Below, in pieces: positions 38,659-49,123 of a DNA stretch of 64,000 nt. The first letter of the stretch is position 1; each line of letters starts with the position of its first letter. Both the position numbers and the translations under genes were made by a program. The stretch is from Bacteroidota bacterium (GTDB lineage Bacteria; Eisenbacteria; RBG-16-71-46; SZUA-252). Location of the stretch: assembly GCA_050257045.1 (NCBI GenBank), contig JBLMWD010000126.1, positions 71,258-135,257 of the forward strand, given 5' to 3'. Under the pieces are notes generated by a model that saw only the letters and a list, made by a program, of their open reading frames with translations, made no database searches and had not been told where the DNA came from.

Positions 38659-40944
38659 TCACGGCCCTTCCCGCATCTGCACCGGCGAGGCCGGAAGGAG
38701 GTCGAGCGCGATCGTCCGTCCGGCGCGGTCGACACGTCCGAACGTGAGCACACCGGTCGGGCAGTCGTGCACGCAGGCCGAGCAGCGGACGCACTCGGGG
38801 TCCCGCATCGGCTCCCCCTTGTTCGCGAAATTCATCACGTCGATCCCCTGGTGGCAGACGGACGTGCAGACGTTGCACGAGATGCACTTCTTCTTGTCGG
38901 GGACGATCGCGAAGCGCGAGAAGCGCGCGTAGACGTGCATCAGCGCGGCGAGCGGGCAGAAGAAGCGGCACCAGACGCGCCCCGAGAACCAGAAATAGAG
39001 GCCGTAGCCGAGCACTCCCGCGAGGAAGACGTCGATCCCCCACTTGTAGGGTGTCTTCAAGAACGGATCGAAGATGCGATCGGCTGCGTTCCCCTGCGGG
39101 AGGACCCATCCCGCGATCCGGATCAGCAGGAGGAGGACGGCGGTCGCGAGGACGACCTGCCCTGCCAGGTTGAGGCGGTTCCAACCCGGGCCATGCGGCA
39201 TCTTGTGCCGGTGCGTGTCGCCGAGGGTCTCGGCGAGCGCGCCGCAGGAGCAGATCCAGCCGCAGTAGAACCCTTTCCCGAAGAACCAGATGCCGAGCGG
39301 GATCAGGACCAGCGTCTGGACCGCGCTGATCGCGAGCCACCAGCCGAGCGGCTCGTGGTTGAAGACGTTGTAGACGTCGAGCGGCCAGGCGAGGATGAGC
39401 CCATACGCGCGCCAGTACTCGCGGCCGTGGCCGTAGGTCACGGCTGGGAAGAGCGCGTCGGCAACGCCGCGCGGAAGGAGCCCGTTGTGTCCCAGGAGCG
39501 GGAGCACCACCTCCGGCAGCAGGAAGAGCGGGAGCACCTGGATCGCGGCGAGCGTCGACGTCTGCGCGGTCACGTAGGGAGTCCGGCGCCTTCGGATCCG
39601 CCGGATGCCGAAGGTCACGACGATGAGCGAGTAGGCGAGGGTGTACCAGAACGAGGGGGACGCGGCGCTGATGGCGAGCGTCCCGAGGAGCGTTCGCGGA
39701 TCGGCCGCGTGGCGCGCGATCGATCCCCCGGCGGCGTGGAGGAGGGCGCCCAGGTCGAACGGAAACCAACCGCGCGCCTGGAAGAACGCCGACATGCTTC
39801 CTCCAGACTTCCAGTTGTAGAGCCAGGCGCAGAAGAGGAGGAAGAGGCCCATTGCCGTCCAGGAGAGGACGCCGCGTTCGCCCGCGATCCGGATGCGCGA
39901 GCGGCGGAGGAAATCGAGCGGGGCATCGCGTCCGATCATCGCGAAGACGGCGTCGTTCGGGAGGCGTTCCTCGGCGCCCCCCTCGTGCCGCAGCAGGACG
40001 TCGTCCGCGCCGATCGCGCGGATCCGCGTCTTCATGCGGACCGCAACCCCCGAGCGCTCGAGCTGCTCGACATTCTCCGGCTTGGGACGAGTGAACGCGG
40101 CGCCCCGGTAGGCGAGGGTCACGCGCGCGCCCGCGTGGTCGAGGAGCACCGCCGACTCGACCGCCGAATCGCCGCCCCCCACGACCAGCACGCTCTGTCC
40201 GGCAAAGTCCTTGGGGTCATGGAGACGATTGGTCACCTTGTCGCGGTCCTCGCCGGGGACGCCGAGCCGGCGGTAGTCGCCGCTCCGCCCGATCGCGACG
40301 AGCACGCGCCGGGCCCGGAGCGGTGCGCCCTCGACGCGATGCACCTCCAGCACGCCGCCGCTCCCGCGAGCGATCCGGGTGGCGCGGCCGCGCTCGATCG
40401 CGATGTCGGCCGCGGCCGCCTGGCGCTGCAGTTCGTCCACCAGGGCTTCCTTGACGTCGGCCGAAATCTGAAGTGCGCCGGCCGGCTTCATCGCGCGGGG
40501 GTAGGTGAAGATCGGTTTCCGCTTCGGGAAGTTCACGATGGTCGAGAAGGGCTCGGCGCTCTCGATCACCACGAAGGAGAGCCCCCGGCGCGCGGCCTCG
40601 ATGGCGGCGGCCATCCCGGAGACGCCCGCGCCGACGATCGCGAGGTCGGCGGGCTGATCGGGGGAGCGGGAGGCCGATGATTCGGCGGAGCGACCAGCGA
40701 CGGCCTGGTCCGCGGCCTGAGGGACACCGACGCCGGCCCGGATCTCCCCCGCGATGCGGTCGACCGCCCTGGCGCCGGTGTCGAGGGCGACCTTGAGGAG
40801 CGGCACGCCGGTGAGGTCGCCCACGACGTAGACGCCCGGGACGGTGGTGCTCCCGTCCGCGCGGGCCTCCGGCAGCTTCTCGACCGTTCCCGCCGGCCAG
40901 CGGGTGTGCAGCCAGCGGGCGTACCGGGTGAGCAAGAAGGGCAT
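38659..40944 (-). CDS. TrxR/YpdA-like FAD/NAD(P) domain fused to a NapH/RdxA-like membrane ferredoxin
   Basis: GAGVSG, GGGDSAVE, YCGWICSCG, WCRFFCP, two CxxCxxCxxxC motifs. Confidence 0.85.
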   Translation of the reverse strand: MPFLLTRYARWLHTRWPAGTVEKLPEARADGSTTVPGVYVVGDLTGVPLLKVALDTGARAVDRIAGEIRAGVGVPQAADQAVAGRSAESSASRSPDQPADLAIVGAGVSGMAAAIEAARRGLSFVVIESAEPFSTIVNFPKRKPIFTYPRAMKPAGALQISADVKEALVDELQRQAAAADIAIERGRATRIARGSGGVLEVHRVEGAPLRARRVLVAIGRSGDYRRLGVPGEDRDKVTNRLHDPKDFAGQSVLVVGGGDSAVESAVLLDHAGARVTLAYRGAAFTRPKPENVEQLERSGVAVRMKTRIRAIGADDVLLRHEGGAEERLPNDAVFAMIGRDAPLDFLRRSRIRIAGERGVLSWTAMGLFLLFCAWLYNWKSGGSMSAFFQARGWFPFDLGALLHAAGGSIARHAADPRTLLGTLAISAASPSFWYTLAYSLIVVTFGIRRIRRRRTPYVTAQTSTLAAIQVLPLFLLPEVVLPLLGHNGLLPRGVADALFPAVTYGHGREYWRAYGLILAWPLDVYNVFNHEPLGWWLAISAVQTLVLIPLGIWFFGKGFYCGWICSCGALAETLGDTHRHKMPHGPGWNRLNLAGQVVLATAVLLLLIRIAGWVLPQGNAADRIFDPFLKTPYKWGIDVFLAGVLGYGLYFWFSGRVWCRFFCPLAALMHVYARFSRFAIVPDKKKCISCNVCTSVCHQGIDVMNFANKGEPMRDPECVRCSACVHDCPTGVLTFGRVDRAGRTIALDLLPASPVQMREGP

Positions 40945-40986
40945 CCGGCAACTATACTCGGCGGGGCGGTCGGCGTGACGGATCGA

Positions 40987-41559
40987 TCAGGAGGTGCTGC
41001 GCGCCTCGGTCCAGCGGACGATCGTCCAGAGCGTGTCGTCGGGGAACTCGCGGAACGGAATCCTCGGCTTGAGCTGGAATTCCATCGTGTCCCAGCGGCC
41101 GATCCAGGACGTGACCGAAGAGCGCCACACCACGACGCGGCCCCCCGCGACCTGGACGGTGGCCCAACCTGGGGGACTGCCCGTTACTGCGACACGGCGA
41201 AGCGCGCTATAAGGGATCTGGACCGAAATCTGCGTGATCGTCGTATCGCGGCTCATGTGACGAACGGCGTCGATCTCGGTCGCGCGGGTGAAGCTCGCGA
41301 CGGAGAAGGACCCTGGCGTCGCGTCGGTGCTCGTACCGACGTAGGCGGAGTCGAGCGTGTTCCCGACCCGCTCCGGGTCGCGGCGCTGCCATGCGACCAG
41401 GTACTCGGAGACCATCCCGACGGGACTGGTGCCGATCGCGTGGAGTCGGGTCCGGCCGGGCGGGCGGACGAGGTCCAGGCTACAGCCGGTCAGGCAGGCC
41501 GCGAGCGCGGCCATGCCGGCGAAGCGAAGCCATGGATGGAGGCATCGGGGCATTGCCAC
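40987..41559 (-). CDS. Hypothetical lipoprotein
   Basis: Lipobox LTGC; only coherent ORF in the gap. Confidence 0.6.
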   Translation of the reverse strand: MAMPRCLHPWLRFAGMAALAACLTGCSLDLVRPPGRTRLHAIGTSPVGMVSEYLVAWQRRDPERVGNTLDSAYVGTSTDATPGSFSVASFTRATEIDAVRHMSRDTTITQISVQIPYSALRRVAVTGSPPGWATVQVAGGRVVVWRSSVTSWIGRWDTMEFQLKPRIPFREFPDDTLWTIVRWTEARSTS

Positions 41560-41665
41560 TCAAGGATGCGCCGATACGGGGCGCGCCGCCAGGGGGCCCG
41601 GCTGGAACGGCGGCGAGTCACTTTGTCTGGCAAAGTACGTTGCCGATAACGAAAGGACGCTGCCG

Positions 41666-42349
41666 ATGGTGTACACGCCCCCCTACGCTCCGTTCGTCGC
41701 CCTCGCGTTCCTCGCATTCGGCGCCGCCGTGGGGCTCACCGCGCTCGCGCTGCTCGCGGCCGCGGTCCTCCGGAAGACGCGGCTGATCCCCTGGATCGCC
41801 GGCTTCGGCCTCTTCGTCGTGTCCGGCTACGCCGCAGTGCTGCTCGTCGACTCGGCCGTCAGCCGGCAGCGCGTGCTCCTGTCCGGCGAGAAGAAGTACT
41901 TCTGCGAGCTCGATTGCCATCTGGCGTACTCGGTCGAGGGCGTCGAGATCACGCCCACCGTGGGACCGGCGCTCGAACCGCTCCGCGCCCGCGGCCGCTG
42001 GCGACTCGTCCACCTCCGGACCTGGTTCGACCCGAGCACGATCGCGCCCTGGCGCGGGGACGCGCCCCTCCAACCCAATCCGCGCAAGGTGTACGTCCGG
42101 GACGCCGCCGGCCGGCGCTACGAGCCCTCCGCCGCGGCCGAGCGGGCGCTCGCGGCCGCGGGACGCTCCAGCGTCCCCGTGACGCGGCCCCTCCGTCCGG
42201 GCGAGTCGTACGAGACGCTCCTCGCGTTCGACCTGCCCGATTCCGCGCCGGAGCCGCGCCTCTACGTGGGCGACAGCGATCCGCTCTCGTTCCTCCTGAT
42301 CGGACACGAGGAGAGCCCGTTCCACCGGAAGGTCTGGTTCCGGATCTAG
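41666..42349 (+). CDS. Hypothetical membrane-anchored protein
   Basis: AAAGGA SD; two TM followed by a beta-rich domain with CELDC. Confidence 0.7.
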   Translation: MVYTPPYAPFVALAFLAFGAAVGLTALALLAAAVLRKTRLIPWIAGFGLFVVSGYAAVLLVDSAVSRQRVLLSGEKKYFCELDCHLAYSVEGVEITPTVGPALEPLRARGRWRLVHLRTWFDPSTIAPWRGDAPLQPNPRKVYVRDAAGRRYEPSAAAERALAAAGRSSVPVTRPLRPGESYETLLAFDLPDSAPEPRLYVGDSDPLSFLLIGHEESPFHRKVWFRI

Positions 42350-42391
42350 GGCGCGATCGGCCGGGGTAGGACGAGCTGCCGGCGGGAACGA

Positions 42392-44740
42392 TCAGCCGAG
42401 GATCTCGCGCACCACGCGCGAGAGCTCGTCGGGCATGAACGGCTTCTGGAGGAAGGAGACGCCGGACTCGATCACGCCGCGGCGGACGAGGACGTCGTCG
42501 GTGTAGCCGGAAACGTAGAGCACCTTCGTCTCGGGGCGGACCTCGGCCATGCGCCGCACCAGCTCGCCGCCCCCCATCCCCGGCATCACCACGTCCGTGA
42601 CGAGCAGGTCGATCGGGCGCCCCGATCGCGCGGCCACTTCCAGCGCCTCCGCGCCGTTCTTCGCCTCGAGGACGCGGTAGCCGGCGGCTTCGAGCACGTC
42701 ACGGAAGAGCTCCCGCACCATCGGCTCGTCCTCCACGAGCAGGATCGTCTCGTGCCCGGGGGTGAGGGATGGGATCGACGCCGGGCGCGCTTCGCGCGCC
42801 GGCTCCCCGGTGCGCGGGAAGCAGAGCGTGAACGTGGTCCCCTCCCCCGGCGCGCTCGTGAGGAGGACGTCGCCTCCGCTCTGCTTCACGATGCCGTAGA
42901 CGGTGGAGAGGCCGAGGCCCGTTCCCTCGCCGACCGGCTTCGTGGTGAAGAACGGCTCGAAGGCGCGGGCGCGCACCGCTTCGTCCATGCCGATCCCCGT
43001 GTCGCTCACGACGAGCGCCACGCCGGCTTCGGCGTCCATCGTCCGGATCGTGAGACGCCCGCCCTGCGGCATCGCGTCGCGCGCGTTCACGACGAGGTTG
43101 ATCACCACCTGCTCCATCTGTCCGGCGTCGGCGTGGATCCAGGGGCGCGCGGCGTCGAGTCGCACGACGAGCTCGACGTCCTCGCGGATCAGCCGCTGCA
43201 GCATCGGCTCCATTCCCCGCACGATGCCATTCAGGTCGACCGCCCGGAGCTGGAGCACCTGCTTCCGGCTGAAGGCGAGGAGCTGGCGCGTGAGGGATTC
43301 GGCGCGGCGCGCGGCGTGCTCGACCAGGTCGAGCTCCGCATGGATCTCGCCCGAGGCGCCGGCGCGCTCGCGGAGGAACTTGAGATGCCCGAACATCGCG
43401 GTGAGCAGGTTGTTGAAGTCGTGCGCGATCCCGCCGGCGAGGCTCCCCACCGATTCGAGCCGTTGCGCATGACGGAGCTTCTCCTCGCTCTCCTGCAGGG
43501 CGCGCTCGGCGCGGCGCCGCTCCGTGATGTCGGTCGCGACGCCGATCACCCCCTGGATCGCTCCCTCCGCGCCGCGGAGCGGAACGAAGTAGGCCTCGTA
43601 GGCGAGCGCTCCGAGCTCGATCGTGTCGGTGACGGTCTCGCCGGAGAGCGCGCGCCGGATGGAGGCCTCGATGGTCGGATAGTCGCGGTAGAGGTCGTAT
43701 GCCGAGCGGCCGACCGCCTCGCCGGGCGAGAGCCCCAGCGACTCGAGCCCCTTCCCCTCGGAGAGCGTGAAGACCCCCTCGCGATCGAGGGCAAAGAGGA
43801 CGATCGGGGCGCCCGAGATCACGGTCTGGAGCCGGTCCTTCGCGCGCCGGACCACCTCGAGGTCGGTGAGGTCCTGGATCTGCGCAAGGACCTCGAACGC
43901 CCGCCCGTCCGGGCCCTTGATCGGGAGCGCCGTCAGGTAGAGCTCGCGTCCCCCCGGCGCATCGGGGATCTCGAGGTGGATCGCCGCGTTGGTGTCGAAG
44001 GCGCGCATCACGGGGCACGAATCGCATGGCTCCGCCGGCCGGAGGAGGCCGATGCGGCTGCAGAGATCGGAGCACGCGCGCCCCCCGAATTCCTCGTGCG
44101 CATGGGAACCCGCGAGCAAGGCGATCGCCTTGTTGTGCCAGCGCACCGTGCGCGAGCCGTCGGTGACGAAGGAGCAGGTGTCGTTCTGGTTCGCGATCGC
44201 GGCGAACTTCTGCCGCTCGCGGTCGAGGATCCGGAGCTGGGCGTCGAGGGTCTTGAACCAGCGCTCGTACTGCTCCTGGCGCGCCCGTTGGCGCACCTGA
44301 TCGCGCAGCGAGACGATCTTCCAGGCGAGGATGTCGAGGATCGCCTCCCCGGCGGCGGCACCGTCGGCATCCCGCGCCGCGCCGTCCTGCGCCGCGCCGT
44401 CCTCGCGGACCCACGCGAGCGACACGCCGGCCGCGGCCTCGCCGGCAACGGGGACCGTCCGGCGCAAGACCACCGCGCCGCTCGTCGCGAAGTGACGGGG
44501 ATCGGCGTGCGGCCCTTCGAGCGCCGCGCGCTGGTACCGGACCCGCCGCTCGATCTCCCGGGCCTGGCCGTCGGACCATGCCTCCTCCGCGATGCCATCG
44601 TCCGTGACGAGGAAGAGCGCCCCCTCGCGCGCCGCGGTCGCCGCGGCCAGGAGGGCCGCCCCGCGCCGCAGGGCGCCGGAGAGGTCCGGCTCGGCCCACA
44701 CCTCCGCGAGCTGGTGGGCGAGCCGGCCGGGACCATCCAT
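42392..44740 (-). CDS. Hybrid PAS histidine kinase/response regulator
   Basis: Two PAS domains, AHDFNNLL, NARDAM, PFFTTK, C-terminal REC. Confidence 0.92.
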   Translation of the reverse strand: MDGPGRLAHQLAEVWAEPDLSGALRRGAALLAAATAAREGALFLVTDDGIAEEAWSDGQAREIERRVRYQRAALEGPHADPRHFATSGAVVLRRTVPVAGEAAAGVSLAWVREDGAAQDGAARDADGAAAGEAILDILAWKIVSLRDQVRQRARQEQYERWFKTLDAQLRILDRERQKFAAIANQNDTCSFVTDGSRTVRWHNKAIALLAGSHAHEEFGGRACSDLCSRIGLLRPAEPCDSCPVMRAFDTNAAIHLEIPDAPGGRELYLTALPIKGPDGRAFEVLAQIQDLTDLEVVRRAKDRLQTVISGAPIVLFALDREGVFTLSEGKGLESLGLSPGEAVGRSAYDLYRDYPTIEASIRRALSGETVTDTIELGALAYEAYFVPLRGAEGAIQGVIGVATDITERRRAERALQESEEKLRHAQRLESVGSLAGGIAHDFNNLLTAMFGHLKFLRERAGASGEIHAELDLVEHAARRAESLTRQLLAFSRKQVLQLRAVDLNGIVRGMEPMLQRLIREDVELVVRLDAARPWIHADAGQMEQVVINLVVNARDAMPQGGRLTIRTMDAEAGVALVVSDTGIGMDEAVRARAFEPFFTTKPVGEGTGLGLSTVYGIVKQSGGDVLLTSAPGEGTTFTLCFPRTGEPAREARPASIPSLTPGHETILLVEDEPMVRELFRDVLEAAGYRVLEAKNGAEALEVAARSGRPIDLLVTDVVMPGMGGGELVRRMAEVRPETKVLYVSGYTDDVLVRRGVIESGVSFLQKPFMPDELSRVVREILG

Positions 44741-44760
44741 CAGCGAAGGCGCTCCATGGT

Positions 44761-45276
44761 CTAGGCGGGTGTCTTCTTCGAAGCCGCCCGGGCGGTGGGC
44801 GGCGCGCCCTTCGCGGCGGACGCGGCGGCGTAGGCGCCGGCGAGCCAGTCGGCGACCCGCTGCACCTCCGCCACCGTCTTCTCGTCGAAGGCGGCCACGC
44901 GGTGGCTGTCGATGTCGATCTGACCGTAGATCTTCTCGCCGTCCCGGATCAGCACGACCAGCTCGGAACGGGTCTCGGTGCTGCAGGCGAGGTAGTTCGT
45001 GATCTCGCGCACGTCGGGGACGTTCATGTTCCGGCCCTGCGCGACGGCGGTGCCGCACACCCCGTTCCCGACGCCGATGAATACGTGGTCGGTCGGCGCG
45101 CCCACGAAAGGACCGAGGCGGAGCATCTGGTCCTCGAAGAGCTCGTAGATGCCGGTCCAGTGGAACCGGGGGTCGGTCTCGTGGAGCCCGTTCATGGCTT
45201 CCTCGAGCAGGCGCTCGAGCGGGGCGCCGGTGCGCTGGAGCTCGTCCAGGCGCGCGATCAGCTGGTCGACGGTCAT
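44761..45276 (-). CDS. GAF protein, free methionine-R-sulfoxide reductase-like
   Basis: WTGIY, LGPFVG, GVCGTA, YLACS.ETRSELVV, DIDS. Confidence 0.82.
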   Translation of the reverse strand: MTVDQLIARLDELQRTGAPLERLLEEAMNGLHETDPRFHWTGIYELFEDQMLRLGPFVGAPTDHVFIGVGNGVCGTAVAQGRNMNVPDVREITNYLACSTETRSELVVLIRDGEKIYGQIDIDSHRVAAFDEKTVAEVQRVADWLAGAYAAASAAKGAPPTARAASKKTPA

Positions 45277-45363
45277 GGCGATTCGGTCCTCGGATGGGTG
45301 GAGCGGGTGCGCCCGCCGCGGGCGGAGCGCGTTCACAACGATCGGCCGGTGGGCGGCCGTTCC

Positions 45364-47901
45364 TTAGAGATCCTCCAGAACCCAGATGTCCCCGCCCTCC
45401 GGCTGGAAGCGGTCGAAGAGCACCCACCGGCCATCGGGGGACCAGGTCGGGTAGTCGATGCGCGCCTCTGCTTCGGGGAACTCGAACACGGGCTCGGGAT
45501 CGCCGCCCGTAAGCGGCGAGACCCAGAGCGTCTTGTGCGCGACGACGTCCATGATGCGCGATCCATCGGGAGAGAGCGAGATGTGGGCGCCGCCCTGCAT
45601 CGGAGGGAGCGGCTCGGGGTCGCCGCCGTCCCGGCTCACGCGGAAGGTCGCCTTCTCCCCCGGGGAGCGGAAGATGACGTGGCGCCCGTCGGGACTCCAG
45701 CGCACGAAGTGGCCGCCGGCGCCGATCCGGCTGAGTTGCCGGGGATCGGATCCGTCGGCGCCCATGAGCCAGACCTCCATGCGGCCATCCCGGTCCGAGA
45801 GGAACGCGATCGCCGTACCATCGGGGGAGTAGAAGGGGTTCACGTCGACGGAGCGCCCCGAGGTGAGGCGCGAAAGAGCCCCGGTCTCGAGCGTGACCGT
45901 CCAGATGTCCATCGTCCCCTCGCGCGCGGAGAAGAACGCGAGCCGCCCGCCGTCGGGCGACCAGGTCGGCTGATAGTCGCCGCCGTGCCCGGACGTGAGC
46001 TGGCGCTCCTCCCCCTCCTCGAGCGACGCGAGCCAGAGATTCATGTCGCCGGCGCGGTCGGAATTGAACGCGATCCGGGTGCCGTCGGGGGACCAGGCTC
46101 CGCGGCTCTCCTCGCGCGTCCCGCCGACCACGCGCGAAGGCGCGCCCGTGGCGCGGCCGGTGGCGGGGTCGACCGGCAGCTTCCAGAGATCGGCGTTCTG
46201 GCGCAGCGTGGCGTAGGCGAGGCGGGACCCGTCGGCGGCGAACGCGGGCTCCACGTCCTGCCCCGCGCCGGAGGTGAGCGGCTCGGGCGGTCCGGTGGGG
46301 CGGCACGAGGCGTCCACGGGAACGCGCCAGAGGTTCACGCCGCCTCCGCGGTAGGCGGAGGAGAAGACGACCCAGCGTCCGTCGGGGCTCACGCACGGAC
46401 CGAAGTCCTGGAAGAGATCGTTCGTGATCCAGGAGAGCGCGCCGTCGGCGAGGCGCACGGCGCGCACGTCGAGCTTCGTGCGCTCCATGTTCTGGAAGAC
46501 GATCGAACGCCCGTCGGGCGACCAGCGCGGGCGCATGTGGGTCACCGCTTCGGAATCGTCGGTCGTGACCTGCCGCGGATTGCGGCCGTTCCGCTCGACG
46601 AGCCAGATCCGGCGCGGACCGGCCCAGGAGGCGTCCACGGCGATGCGGCTCCCGTCGGGCGAGAAGGCGGGATGGAACGCCTGGTCGACGAGCTTCGTCT
46701 CCCGGCCCGACGCGAGGTCGAGGGCCCAGAGCGCGGAGGGCTCGTCGTAGGCGCCGAAGTAGTCGCCCGGCTGCATCCGCTGCCCCGCGCGGCCCGCCCG
46801 CACGAAGAGGATCGTGCCTCCGTCGGGAGACCACGCCGGCATCAGCTCGTCGTGCCCGCCGCGCGTGAGGGCGGTCGCGGCTCCGCGGAGCGGCTGGCGG
46901 TAGATGTGCCGCACGCGTCCGCTCTCGCGCGTGTAGAGGAGCTCATTTCCGTCCGGAGACCAGGCGGGCGACGACTCGACCCCGCTCGCGAACGTGACCT
47001 GATGGGAGCGCATGGGACGGCCGGCGCCGGAGACGCCGGGACCGGGGCCGCGCAACGCCTCGAGCGCCGCGCCGAGCGCCTCCACGGCCTCCCGCGCGCT
47101 CGCGGGTCGCATCGACGCGTCCTTCTCGAGGCACCTGCGGATGAGCGCGCGCGCCGGCTCCGGGAGGTCCCGCGGGAGCCGGTCGAAGTCGGGGGCCATG
47201 CCGAGGATCGCCGCGATGAGATCGGCCATCGAGGCGGCCTGGAACGGAGGCCTGCCGGTGAGGAGCTCGTAGGCGACCGCGCCGAGCGCCCAGAGGTCAC
47301 TCCGGGCGTCGGCGTGAAGCCCGCGAATCTGCTCGGGACTCATGTAGCGCGGGGTGCCGACCAGCGTCCCTTCCATCGTGCGCCCCGAGGCGACGGTCGC
47401 CTCGAGCGCGGCGCCGGCGGTCCCTTCCGCCGCGATCTCGCGGGCGAGCCCGAAGTCGAGCACCTTCACGCGCCCCGAGGCGTCGAGCTTCACGTTGGAG
47501 GGCTTGAGATCGCGATGCACGATCCCCTTCGCGTGCGCCGCCTCGAGCGCCTCGGCGATCTGGCGGAGCACGGGGAGCGCTTCGGCCACGGGGAGCGGTG
47601 AGGAGCGCACGCGCTCATCCAGCGTTTCGCCCGGGATCAGCTCGAGGACGAGGAAGTGGGTGCTCCCGCTCTGCTCGATGCCGTGGATCATGGCGACGGA
47701 GGGGTGGTGGACGGTGGCGAGCGCCCGGGCTTCGAGGCGGAAGCGCCGGAGCCGATCATCGTCGCGCGCGAAGTCCTCGGGAAGGACCTTCAGAGCCACG
47801 TCCCGGCCAAGGTCCTTGTCGTGCGCGCGGTAGACGACCCCCATGGCGCCCTGGCCGACCCGCTCGAGAACGTGGAAATGTCCGAGAGTCTTCCCGATCA
47901 C
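45364..47901 (-). CDS. Hanks-type Ser/Thr kinase with TolB/PD40 beta-propeller
   Basis: GQGAMG, VALK, HRDLKPSN, DFGLA; many WSPDG repeats. Confidence 0.95.
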   Translation of the reverse strand: MIGKTLGHFHVLERVGQGAMGVVYRAHDKDLGRDVALKVLPEDFARDDDRLRRFRLEARALATVHHPSVAMIHGIEQSGSTHFLVLELIPGETLDERVRSSPLPVAEALPVLRQIAEALEAAHAKGIVHRDLKPSNVKLDASGRVKVLDFGLAREIAAEGTAGAALEATVASGRTMEGTLVGTPRYMSPEQIRGLHADARSDLWALGAVAYELLTGRPPFQAASMADLIAAILGMAPDFDRLPRDLPEPARALIRRCLEKDASMRPASAREAVEALGAALEALRGPGPGVSGAGRPMRSHQVTFASGVESSPAWSPDGNELLYTRESGRVRHIYRQPLRGAATALTRGGHDELMPAWSPDGGTILFVRAGRAGQRMQPGDYFGAYDEPSALWALDLASGRETKLVDQAFHPAFSPDGSRIAVDASWAGPRRIWLVERNGRNPRQVTTDDSEAVTHMRPRWSPDGRSIVFQNMERTKLDVRAVRLADGALSWITNDLFQDFGPCVSPDGRWVVFSSAYRGGGVNLWRVPVDASCRPTGPPEPLTSGAGQDVEPAFAADGSRLAYATLRQNADLWKLPVDPATGRATGAPSRVVGGTREESRGAWSPDGTRIAFNSDRAGDMNLWLASLEEGEERQLTSGHGGDYQPTWSPDGGRLAFFSAREGTMDIWTVTLETGALSRLTSGRSVDVNPFYSPDGTAIAFLSDRDGRMEVWLMGADGSDPRQLSRIGAGGHFVRWSPDGRHVIFRSPGEKATFRVSRDGGDPEPLPPMQGGAHISLSPDGSRIMDVVAHKTLWVSPLTGGDPEPVFEFPEAEARIDYPTWSPDGRWVLFDRFQPEGGDIWVLEDL

Positions 47902-47948
47902 GCGCTACAGCTTACGGGAGCGGCAAATGCGATTCCAGCAGGCGGCGG

Positions 47949-48404
47949 CTACCCCTTCTTCAAGATCGCGATCTGCCCCGCGTGATAGAGGGCGTGGTGC
48001 ACCGCGCCATGCGCCAGGACGTAGTAGGAAGTGCGCCCTCCCGCCGTGACACGCTCGAGCGCCGAATCGTCGAGACCCGCGATCGCGCGGTTCAGCTCGT
48101 CGTGGGTCTCGCGCAACGCGACGAGCGCCCCCTTCCAGGCCCCTTCTCCCGAGCCGGCCACCGGCGGCCAGTCCTGTTCCGTCTTCGGCTCGACCAGCTC
48201 GCCCCGCAAGCGCCGCAGCACGATCTCCTCCCAGGCGCGGATGTGGAGCACGATCTCCCAGATGGAGTGCGCGCCGCTCGCCGGCTTCCGCGCGGCGCGC
48301 GCCGCGTCCACTCCCTCGAGCACCTCGAAGACGTGCGGGCCATGCCACGAGAATCCGTCGAAGGCGCAGCGGTGCAGGTTTGCGATCCGTTCGGCTTCGC
48401 TCAT
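47949..48404 (-). CDS. DinB family protein
   Basis: WHGP, HSIWEIVLH, HALYHAGQI. Confidence 0.87.
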   Translation of the reverse strand: MSEAERIANLHRCAFDGFSWHGPHVFEVLEGVDAARAARKPASGAHSIWEIVLHIRAWEEIVLRRLRGELVEPKTEQDWPPVAGSGEGAWKGALVALRETHDELNRAIAGLDDSALERVTAGGRTSYYVLAHGAVHHALYHAGQIAILKKG

Positions 48405-48466
48405 CGGTCCTCCGCGCCGCGCCTTCCTGCGTGCGCGGCCAGTCCATGTCTGGCAGACTCGCGGCC

Positions 48467-49123
48467 ATGCGGCCGCGCCTCTTCACGTTCGATATCTTCG
48501 GCACCGTCCTCGACTGGCGCGCGGGGCTGCGCGACGCGCTTGCCCGCGCCGGCGTCGTGCTCGGCGACGATGCCTTCGATCGCGTCATCGACGCGCAGGC
48601 GGCCGCCGAGCAAGGCCCGTTCCGCCCCTACGCGGCGATCGTCGCGGCGAGCCTCGAGCGGGTCCTCGGCCTCGACGCCGGCGCCGCGCGCTCCATCGGC
48701 GAGGGCGCCGGGACCTGGCCCCTCTACCCCGATTCGCGGGAAGGGCTCCGGAGGCTCCGGGAGATCGCTCCCTGCGCCGCGACCACGAACAGCGACCGCG
48801 AGCACGGCGATCAGGTCCAGCGGGCGCTCGGATTCCGGCTCGACGCCTGGATCTGCGCGGAGGACGTCGGCGCCTACAAGCCCGACCCGCGCGTCTGGCA
48901 CGCCGCCGCGGCCCGCACCGGCGTCGAGCCGGGCCCCTGGTGGTGGCACGTCTCCGCCTACGCCGACTACGACCTCGCGACCGCCCGCTCGCTCGGCCTC
49001 ACGACCGTCTACGTCGCGCGGCCGCACGCGCGCCCGGGCGCGTCGGATCTCTCGGTCTTCTCGCTCGCGGAGCTGGCCGACGCCGCGGCCCGGGAATCGG
49101 GGGAGGCTACCGCCCTTTCATGA
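48467..49123 (+). CDS. HAD hydrolase (haloacid dehalogenase type II-like)
   Basis: FDIFGTVLDW, TN, YKP, YDL. Confidence 0.85.
   Translation: MRPRLFTFDIFGTVLDWRAGLRDALARAGVVLGDDAFDRVIDAQAAAEQGPFRPYAAIVAASLERVLGLDAGAARSIGEGAGTWPLYPDSREGLRRLREIAPCAATTNSDREHGDQVQRALGFRLDAWICAEDVGAYKPDPRVWHAAAARTGVEPGPWWWHVSAYADYDLATARSLGLTTVYVARPHARPGASDLSVFSLAELADAAARESGEATALS

Noticed and set aside
42392-46834. 1480-aa kinase ORF
   Set aside because: The N-terminal extension overlaps the GAF and Ser/Thr kinase genes in other frames and is Arg/Pro-rich noise
29380-49123. Convergent 3' overlaps (29380-29438, 33404-33438, 49107-49123) as antisense regulation
   Set aside because: Short overlaps are common in compact high-GC genomes; no further evidence
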